This document shows, piece after piece, positions 56,862 to 64,000 of a stretch of 64,000 nucleotides of DNA. Source of the stretch: Candidatus Tayloriibacteriota bacterium (GTDB lineage Bacteria > Patescibacteriota > Minisyncoccia > Phycocordibacterales > PALSA-1337); NCBI GenBank assembly GCA_016215455.1, contig JACRJP010000003.1:66657-130656 (forward strand), written 5' to 3'. The number at the start of each line of letters is the position of its first letter. The first letter of the stretch is position 1. The translations under genes and the position numbers were made by a program. The notes beneath the pieces were generated by a model. It ran no database searches, was not told where the DNA came from, and was given only the letters and a program-made list of their open reading frames with translations.

Positions 56862-57440
56862 ATGACCTCCACCGCTGTCGCTCCCTCCTCTACCACCAAG
56901 AAACTGGAAGTGGGTTCGATCGTAAAGATTGACGCCACTGAAACCCGTTTCCATGAGTGCTACGGCATAATCATGGACATGAACAGTGATCTGAGACCCG
57001 AAGACGGGACGATCGCTGTATTTTTCGACCGGGAAGTTCCCGATCACGAATTCTTCGGTGATCGACACGCTCTTGAGATGTGGGCGACCAAAAAGCCCAC
57101 TCCCCAAAACTACAAAGACTGTCCTCGGGTAATGTGTTTTAAGGAGAGTGAACTCGAAATCATTGAGTCTGAACCAATTGAAATTTTGGTCAGGAGAAAG
57201 TTTGGAAACAACTTTCACTCAATTCATTCATTCAGTTTTCCCCTCAAACCCCACACCCATGCATGCCAACTCAAGGAATGTCAAAGTGACCTTCCGGCAA
57301 CTCACATCAGTTTGATCAACGTCTGGGGCTGCATTCAGACCGTATACACCTGTGAACCATGCAATAGCAAATGTCATGGGAAGCGAACAGATGGTGTTGA
57401 ACTCAAAAATCCTCTCCCCGGCTCTCCGCTGAGGACTTAA
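56862..57440 (+). CDS. Hypothetical protein with SH3/KOW-like N-terminus and Cys-rich C-terminus
   Basis: LEVGSIVKI..YGII; CQLKEC...CEPC. Confidence 0.55.
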   Translation: MTSTAVAPSSTTKKLEVGSIVKIDATETRFHECYGIIMDMNSDLRPEDGTIAVFFDREVPDHEFFGDRHALEMWATKKPTPQNYKDCPRVMCFKESELEIIESEPIEILVRRKFGNNFHSIHSFSFPLKPHTHACQLKECQSDLPATHISLINVWGCIQTVYTCEPCNSKCHGKRTDGVELKNPLPGSPLRT

Positions 57441-57457
57441 GGATCTGAGATTTTTAT

Positions 57458-59254
57458 TTAATCAGCCTTCATCATCTTGATGAATACATCCTGAGGAATA
57501 TTGACCTTACCCATCTCGGCCATTTTCTTCTTTCCTTCTTTCTGCTTTTCTCGAAGTTTCATTTTACGAGTAATGTCACCTCCATACATGTGTTGTGTGA
57601 CGTTCTTACGCATACCTGACAATGTTTCTGATGCAATAATACGACCCATCGCCTTACCTTGAATCTTAACCGTGAACATCTGACGAGGAAGTGCTTTTGC
57701 GAGACGCTCAACACTGATCTTTGCTTCTTCTTCCATACGGCGTCGAGAAACAACTCGAGTAAATGGTACAACGGGTTCATCAGCAACCAAGAGATCTAAA
57801 CGAACTACATCAGCAATCTTAGTTGGAAGCATTTCATATGAGATAGACGCATAGCCTGAGGTACAACTCTTGAGTGTGTCGAAAAAGCCTCGCATGAGTT
57901 CACGTAATGGCATATCGGCCTCAATCGACGCTCGACTCTCACCAAAAATATCTGAATCCCCTATGATCGCTTCATGTTCGTAGAGTAGTGTATTTATTTT
58001 TCCAACATATTCATGTGGAGTAATGATCTTAATACGAATCCATGGCTCCTGAACTTCAGCAATGAGATTATCTTCAGGAAAAAGAGATGGTGAGTAGATT
58101 ACATCCTCTTTTCCATTCTTATATTTAATATAGTACGTAATACTTGGAGTTGTCACAACGAGATCAAGATGAAATTCTCGACGGAGTCGTTCGGTGATAA
58201 TTTCAAGGTGGAGCATTCCAAGGAATCCACAACGATATCCTCGACCAAGTGTTCCTGATGATTCTTCTTCATACGTGTACGAAGAATCAGAAAGTGAAAG
58301 TCTTCCGAGAGCTTGTTTCAAAATATTAAGATCATCCTGACTTTCAGGATAGATAGAAGCCCACACCATTGGAATCGGCTTCATGTACCCTGGCAATGCA
58401 GGTAATGTTGAACGTTCATGCCCAACAGTGTCTCCAACAGAAGCTACACCCGGCTCTTTAATACCAGTTACGATATATCCAATCTCTCCCGGACCAATAA
58501 CCTCAACGGGAGTGTCATCAGGTTTAAAGACTCCAACTTCAAGAGCAAGAAATGTCTTACCTGAAATCTTAAATTCGAGTTTTTCATGACGACGAACTTC
58601 CCCGTTCATTGCACGAACATACACAATCACCCCCTTATGGTTTGAATATTGAAAATCAAAAACAAGTGATCGAAAATCTTTCTTCCCCACATTATCATCA
58701 ACTGGTGGTGGAATCTGTTTAATGATTTCATCAAGAAGAACGAGTACACCATCTCCTGTCTTACCCGACACCCCAAGAACAGAGTCAGGATCAACACCAA
58801 GAAGAGTTGCGATTTCTAATTTTACTTCATCAATACGAGCAAGTGGAGAGTCTATTTTTGAGACCACAGGAATGATACGAAGGCCTGCATCGCGCGCCAT
58901 ACCAAGCGTGGTAAGGGTTTGAGCTTGTACCCCCTGTGTTGCATCAACAAGAAGCAAACACCCTTCTACAGCCTTCATAGCACGTGATACTTCGTATGAG
59001 AAATCAATATGACCTGGTGTGTCGATGAGATTAAGGATGTACGGGGTACCATTTGAAACATACTCCATGCGTACCGGCTGCATCTTAATTGTGATTCCCT
59101 TTTCACGCTCCAATTCCATACTATCAAGCACCTGTTCCTGCATTTTACGCTTCTCTATAGTATTGGTAAGTTCAAGCATGCGATCAGCAAGCGTAGATTT
59201 TCCGTGGTCGATATGAGCGATGATACTAAAGTTTCGTATACGTGAGATATCCAT
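57458..59254 (-). CDS. lepA: Translation elongation factor 4
   Basis: IRNFSIIAHIDHGKSTLADR, DTPGH, CGFLGMLH, YGGDITRKMKL. Confidence 0.97.
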   Translation of the reverse strand: MDISRIRNFSIIAHIDHGKSTLADRMLELTNTIEKRKMQEQVLDSMELEREKGITIKMQPVRMEYVSNGTPYILNLIDTPGHIDFSYEVSRAMKAVEGCLLLVDATQGVQAQTLTTLGMARDAGLRIIPVVSKIDSPLARIDEVKLEIATLLGVDPDSVLGVSGKTGDGVLVLLDEIIKQIPPPVDDNVGKKDFRSLVFDFQYSNHKGVIVYVRAMNGEVRRHEKLEFKISGKTFLALEVGVFKPDDTPVEVIGPGEIGYIVTGIKEPGVASVGDTVGHERSTLPALPGYMKPIPMVWASIYPESQDDLNILKQALGRLSLSDSSYTYEEESSGTLGRGYRCGFLGMLHLEIITERLRREFHLDLVVTTPSITYYIKYKNGKEDVIYSPSLFPEDNLIAEVQEPWIRIKIITPHEYVGKINTLLYEHEAIIGDSDIFGESRASIEADMPLRELMRGFFDTLKSCTSGYASISYEMLPTKIADVVRLDLLVADEPVVPFTRVVSRRRMEEEAKISVERLAKALPRQMFTVKIQGKAMGRIIASETLSGMRKNVTQHMYGGDITRKMKLREKQKEGKKKMAEMGKVNIPQDVFIKMMKAD

Positions 59255-59294
59255 ACAGCGTGAATACTAGCAGAAATAAGAGAAAACTCCAGTT

Positions 59295-60971
59295 TTAATG
59301 AATGTCTTGCTCAGAAACAACCATTTTTACCTTAGTCACTTTGGTATGAAGAGTTGTCCATACATCTGACAATTCTTTACTCTTCAAGAGTTTGAGGATA
59401 ATGATACCAGCGAGTATTCCAATAATTCCAGCAAACAATCCCTGTAAGAAAATACCGATAAGAGTTGTAATATCGAATATCTTATCAAACAGATTAAGAC
59501 TCTCGTACGCTACAGTACCCATAATGATTGAAGCAGCGAATGTCTTCCAGAATACATCTCCGATAATAGACGAGACACCTTTAAAATCTCGTGCAAAGAT
59601 AAACCAAAGAACCAACGCATTAATAAGCATTGCTATGGTATAGCCAAGAGAGAGCATAAGAACTGAGGTACCTTGAATTCCTTCTACTCGCAATAGTGAT
59701 TCTATAAAACTCGCGAAAAATGTTGAAGTATTAAAGAACAATAGAGAGAGGTATGACACAACAACAATGAGAACTGCCCCTATAGCATTAATGATCAGTG
59801 GTTTCTTGGTCATTCCAGCGGCGTAATACCCACGAACAAGAAGAAGGATCACGGCTTGTGCCAAAGCTGAAACAGTAAATATCGCAAGACTCGCTGCAGT
59901 AAGACGAGTATCGTTCCAATCAAAGTTACCTGATCCTAAGACGGTACGTACTACCTGAGCACGGAGAACGATAAAGAGGACGGTAATAGGAATTGTCCAG
60001 AAGATAATATGTCGAAGTGACAAAACAATACTCTCAGCAAACTTATCAAGACTCCCCTCAGTAAAATATCGAGATAATGTCGGAAAGGCTGCAAGTGAAT
60101 AACTCACCCCTACCACCGATAAGGTTACCGATTGTAAATTCCATGCAAACGAAAATACAGAGATAGATCCTTCAATCATTTTTGATGCAAACGAAGTCAG
60201 TGCAATAAGCGATATACTCGATAATGATAGAGCACAGGTACGTGGAAGAGAAAGAAGGAAAACTTTTCGAGTTGCTTGCCAATCAATTTTACGGATAACA
60301 GCAGGTAGTAATTTCCTCTCCACAATAAATGGCAACTGCAACAATAAATGAAGCGTCGAACCAATGAGTACACCGTATACAATCCCCGGTAGACCTGCAA
60401 TAGGAAGAAGAACTGCAATACCGATGACAATACCGAGATTGTACACCACAGGACTAATAGCATACGCAACAAAACGTTGATGTGCCTGAGTAATACCTCC
60501 CAAAAAGTTTGAGATACCGAGAAGGATAGGTTGAAGCAAGAGGATGCGTGTCAGTAGAACAAGCTCCCCATGAGCCGCCACCGTCAATCCAGGATAGATG
60601 TACGAGAGAATTATTGGAGCTGCAATGAAAGCAATTACACTCGCTACAACCATAGCCGACAAAAAGACCGTAAAGAGACTGTCAACAAAGCGCTTTTCAT
60701 CTTCATAACTTTTTCCTAATCGCTCTACGATGAATGGAACAAGTACTGAGATCGAAACAGCCGATGCTATGAAAGCAGTGATGAAGTCTGGGATCTTAAA
60801 AGCAGCATAGTAAATATCGAGTGACTGCCCTGCTCCAAAGATATGAGCGAGCATACGATCTCGACCAAGAGCAAGTAACTGTGACAAAAACGAGAAGAAA
60901 GCCAAGAGATACGCAGCCTCATGTAACCCCCTCACTTCTTTATTGAGTACAGTAATAATCCTCTTAACCAT
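59295..60971 (-). CDS. murJ: Lipid II flippase MurJ
   Basis: LGRDRMLAHIFG, AAFKIPD, multi-TM, RGYYA..TKKP. Confidence 0.9.
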   Translation of the reverse strand: MVKRIITVLNKEVRGLHEAAYLLAFFSFLSQLLALGRDRMLAHIFGAGQSLDIYYAAFKIPDFITAFIASAVSISVLVPFIVERLGKSYEDEKRFVDSLFTVFLSAMVVASVIAFIAAPIILSYIYPGLTVAAHGELVLLTRILLLQPILLGISNFLGGITQAHQRFVAYAISPVVYNLGIVIGIAVLLPIAGLPGIVYGVLIGSTLHLLLQLPFIVERKLLPAVIRKIDWQATRKVFLLSLPRTCALSLSSISLIALTSFASKMIEGSISVFSFAWNLQSVTLSVVGVSYSLAAFPTLSRYFTEGSLDKFAESIVLSLRHIIFWTIPITVLFIVLRAQVVRTVLGSGNFDWNDTRLTAASLAIFTVSALAQAVILLLVRGYYAAGMTKKPLIINAIGAVLIVVVSYLSLLFFNTSTFFASFIESLLRVEGIQGTSVLMLSLGYTIAMLINALVLWFIFARDFKGVSSIIGDVFWKTFAASIIMGTVAYESLNLFDKIFDITTLIGIFLQGLFAGIIGILAGIIILKLLKSKELSDVWTTLHTKVTKVKMVVSEQDIH

Positions 60972-60980
60972 TTTGTGTCT

Positions 60981-63356
60981 TTATTGTGTATCTACCTGTG
61001 ATGAAGTCTTCTTATCGAGAGAATCCTTAACCGGTAACTTCTTTCGAGTTTCTGGCTTACTATCAATTGGTGGTTTTGCATCAGTAAAAGGACTCTTTCC
61101 TGCGATCAAGTTCTTCAGAATGAGCTCTACTTCTTGATTGTCAGGATTGAACTTCTGGATCTCAGTAAACTGAGCAATCGCATCTGTATACTTATTAAGT
61201 CGAGCATAACTCAAACCAAGGAAGTAGCGAGCATTTGAGTACTGAGGAGCATTTGTTACAGCCTTTTCAAAAGATTCAATTGCTAGCTGATAATTCTTAT
61301 CATTGTAGTACAAGAGACCGAGCTGGAAGAGTGCTGTTGGATTATTCGGATTAAGTTGTACAAGTGCCTGACTTGAAATGATAGCGTCCTTAATAGAACC
61401 TTCTGCGACCTGAATCTGAGATAGAAGGAAGATTGCATCAGTGAAGTTATTCTTTACCTGAAGTGCAGCTCCGATGTACTTCTTTGCTTCAGGATAATTC
61501 TTTCGAGCTACTTCAAGTTGAGCCAAAGAAAGATACAACGATGGATTCAACTGATTCACATTAATAGCAGCCGCATATGAACGCTGTGCATTTTCATACG
61601 CATCCTTCATCTGAATCGGCATTACTGACTCGTAGATTCGAGCAAACTCAACATAGTTCTGATAATTTTGTGCGTCATAGTTAACAGCATTCTGACTCGC
61701 AGCAAGAGCATTTGTAATATATGACTGTAATGCAGTAACAACTTGTTCACTACTACTTGTTGCTGTTGAAATAAGTCGATTAATCTTAAGAACATTTATT
61801 TCACTCAAAGCCTGATAGTACGATTCATGAGGAGCTAGACTCGCAGCACTCTGTAGTGCCTTTTCAGCAACATCAAGATCATTATTATTTCGAGAAAGAG
61901 TTACCAATGCACTCTGGAATTTTACTGAAGCTGTGTATTTAAGTAAGTACACATACAACCAAGAAAGTGACACAAGAATCACAACTCCCATTATGACAGA
62001 AGCAATGACCATCTTAATTCCCTTTTCTTGCCATACGAATACCTTTTTGAGAGTAGGATAATCAATAAAGTATGAACCAAGGAAGATTCCTGTAAATACA
62101 GCGAGGAGGGTAAGGATAACAAGAGATGGAGTAAAGAAGATACTCATTGCCCAAAGAAACGCAGCACCGAAGAATGATGAGAGGAGAACATAACGAGAAA
62201 ATAGATCACTTGGAGCTTGTCGTATTACCGTTACTCCCTTCTTAACAAAGAAGACCATAAAGACAACAAGGAGTAGGAGACTTGCAAGACCTCCAGTAAC
62301 AGCAAATGTAGGTATATATCCAATAGCTCCTGGGAAATCAACATTCCAGAACACTGTATTGTTAATAGCCTGAGGCTTGAACTTCAAATACTGAGAAGTG
62401 AATGTATTTGGACCTGAACCCAACAAAGGATCTTCTCGAAGAGTCTGGTATGCGAGATCAAACGTAAGCTGCCATGATGGACGAACATCGATTTGATTGA
62501 TACCGAAGTTAGTTGAAACAAATTGACCGATTGATGTTGAAGCTGTAACACCGATAATAGAAACAACGAGGACGACAATTGGGAGGAGGGCCTTCATTAT
62601 TGCCTGTCGTGTTGTTGTAGAGCTTCGAGCACCATTCCAGAGAGTAACAGCAAGAGCAAGACTAACAAAACCAAGGATGTACCAAACTGTTGTGAAGTTT
62701 ACATATGCAACCAAGAGGAGTGATGCAACGAGACTCACATACAAAAACACTTTAAATTTTCGACTCAAAGAGAGGAAAGATATTGTCACCATTGAAAGAA
62801 CAGCAATCAAACCAAAGTAGATTGCTACATCATTCCAATTTCCAATGAAGTTGGCTACAGGGTTTGTGAAAACACCGAACGATAACGCTGTTGGACCGAA
62901 CACGACTCGTACAACATGGAAGAGAGCTGTAAGAACAGCTGAGATAATGAAAGCTGTGTAGAAATGAAGTATTTTACTCTTGTCTCGAGCAATATATGCG
63001 ATAACGTATCCCAAAAGTACCAAAAGTAGGACGGTACTCGCTGTACCAACTTCAATACCGAGACCAAAAAGAGATTTACTCTGTGCTGCACTCAATAGTG
63101 CTGAGATGATGAGCACAATAGGGACACACACAATTGTGTATACAGAGACTGAACGGACCATTGTTACTGATCGTCCACGCAACTGATGTACGGAAAGTGC
63201 AATAAAAGCAACGAGTGTGCCTACTGCCAAGACAAACATCTTAGTCGCATCAAACGGAATAGATATCGATGGAATTGCTAATAAGGGGAGAAGAAAAACG
63301 GTTACCAAAGAGGCGTATAAAGCAACTTTCTCAAATATAGTCTGATTTGTGTTCAC
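60981..63356 (-). CDS. Multi-TM O-antigen-ligase-like protein with C-terminal TPRs
   Basis: Many TM segments, PLLGSGPNTF, TPR motifs (NARYFLGLSYA). Confidence 0.75.
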   Translation of the reverse strand: MNTNQTIFEKVALYASLVTVFLLPLLAIPSISIPFDATKMFVLAVGTLVAFIALSVHQLRGRSVTMVRSVSVYTIVCVPIVLIISALLSAAQSKSLFGLGIEVGTASTVLLLVLLGYVIAYIARDKSKILHFYTAFIISAVLTALFHVVRVVFGPTALSFGVFTNPVANFIGNWNDVAIYFGLIAVLSMVTISFLSLSRKFKVFLYVSLVASLLLVAYVNFTTVWYILGFVSLALAVTLWNGARSSTTTRQAIMKALLPIVVLVVSIIGVTASTSIGQFVSTNFGINQIDVRPSWQLTFDLAYQTLREDPLLGSGPNTFTSQYLKFKPQAINNTVFWNVDFPGAIGYIPTFAVTGGLASLLLLVVFMVFFVKKGVTVIRQAPSDLFSRYVLLSSFFGAAFLWAMSIFFTPSLVILTLLAVFTGIFLGSYFIDYPTLKKVFVWQEKGIKMVIASVIMGVVILVSLSWLYVYLLKYTASVKFQSALVTLSRNNNDLDVAEKALQSAASLAPHESYYQALSEINVLKINRLISTATSSSEQVVTALQSYITNALAASQNAVNYDAQNYQNYVEFARIYESVMPIQMKDAYENAQRSYAAAINVNQLNPSLYLSLAQLEVARKNYPEAKKYIGAALQVKNNFTDAIFLLSQIQVAEGSIKDAIISSQALVQLNPNNPTALFQLGLLYYNDKNYQLAIESFEKAVTNAPQYSNARYFLGLSYARLNKYTDAIAQFTEIQKFNPDNQEVELILKNLIAGKSPFTDAKPPIDSKPETRKKLPVKDSLDKKTSSQVDTQ

Positions 63357-63428
63357 GGTACAATGTCCTAAATAATAATGTCATAAGTATATCAGAATTA
63401 TTCAAGAAAGTTTACTCTACCCTGTTAG

Positions 63429-63459
63429 CAAAAAACCACGGTTATGCCGTGGTTTTTTG
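63429..63459 (-). terminator. Terminator of RNase P RNA
   Basis: caaaaaaccacgg-ttatg-ccgtggttttttg. Confidence 0.85.
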
Positions 63460-63825
63460 ATGTATGTACCGATAAGCCGAGTTCTGTCACTCTACAGTAA
63501 AGTAAAGCGGACAATCATTTCTCTGGGATGTGAGTTACCTCACACCTCAAGCGGCACTCCGGTGGAAATATTTCTACAACACCGGCACGGCCTTGCACAG
63601 AAGTAAGGATTTTGCCGTTGCACCTTTTATATTTCTATAAAAGCTCACCTTCTCTTACGAGATCAGGTGCTCGATTCGTTTCCAAACCAAGCGTCTCTGT
63701 TCGCACCTCTTGTATTACTACAGACGGGCGTTACCCGCTACCCTGCTGCTTCACTTGCGTAAAGCCTGTGCTCGGACTTTCCTCAGATGTACTTGCGTAC
63801 ATCCGCGATTGTCTGGTACATACAT
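63460..63825 (-). ncRNA. rnpB: RNase P RNA
   Basis: GAGGAAAGTCCGAGC and ACAGAACTCGGCTTA (P4 halves); P1 ATGTATGTACC/GGTACATACAT; TATAAT just upstream. Confidence 0.93.
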
Positions 63826-64000
63826 ACTATTATACCACAATATTAGATAAATTACAAAAATAAAAAACTGCAGTATATCTGTGCAACACCCCTCAAGATT
63901 CATACAAACTTAGGAACTGTTCGTGGGGTCTCTAACGGTTTATCTCTTCTAACCCTACGTCCTCCAGACTTTTTCCTGAATTCTCGTAAAGGACCATGTT

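Noticed and set aside
63612-63863. 83-aa ORF
   Set aside because: Antisense to RNase P RNA
1-64000. CRISPR array, cas genes, DGR/retron reverse transcriptase, prophage or IS
   Set aside because: No regularly spaced repeats, no RT (YxDD), integrase, transposase or phage structural motifs seen
63860-64000. Possible 3' end of a minus-strand gene
   Set aside because: Two frames are open at the edge and neither is recognisable, so no call is made
1-64000. Alternative genetic code (UGA=Gly, as in Gracilibacteria/Absconditabacteria)
   Set aside because: Long conserved genes translate without internal UGA under code 11, and UGA serves as a stop at 350 and 49180

Overview
This window looks like a chromosomal segment of a CPR/Patescibacteria (Parcubacteria-like) bacterium using the standard code 11. 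That assignment is inferred from gene content, short intergenic gaps, pervasive leaderless starts and a C-terminally short ValRS. The housekeeping backbone comprises gyrA, rpsA, pth, lepB, a degenerate HisRS paralog, rpsU, ybeY, ftsA, ftsZ, trxB, gmk, tsaD, valS, lepA, murJ, five tRNAs and RNase P RNA. The main feature is a ~22 kb block (6.6-28.8 kb) between rpsA and pth. It holds ONE Liv-type ABC transporter core (livH, livM, livG, livF, in canonical order but pulled apart), ELEVEN divergent membrane-anchored type-1 substrate-binding proteins and FIVE TrmB-family regulators, each head-to-head with a binding-protein gene. Other notable items are an orphan ~110-nt structured ncRNA with its own promoter and terminator upstream of valS, an AT-rich HTH+LAGLIDADG-like gene whose stop codon lies inside tRNA-Val, a GC-rich secreted-protein gene with a Verrucomicrobia-like C-terminal motif, a fatty-acid desaturase, altered GyrA QRDR and ValRS editing sites, and tRNA fragments that may be integration scars. 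All calls are by eye from motifs; no database searches were run.
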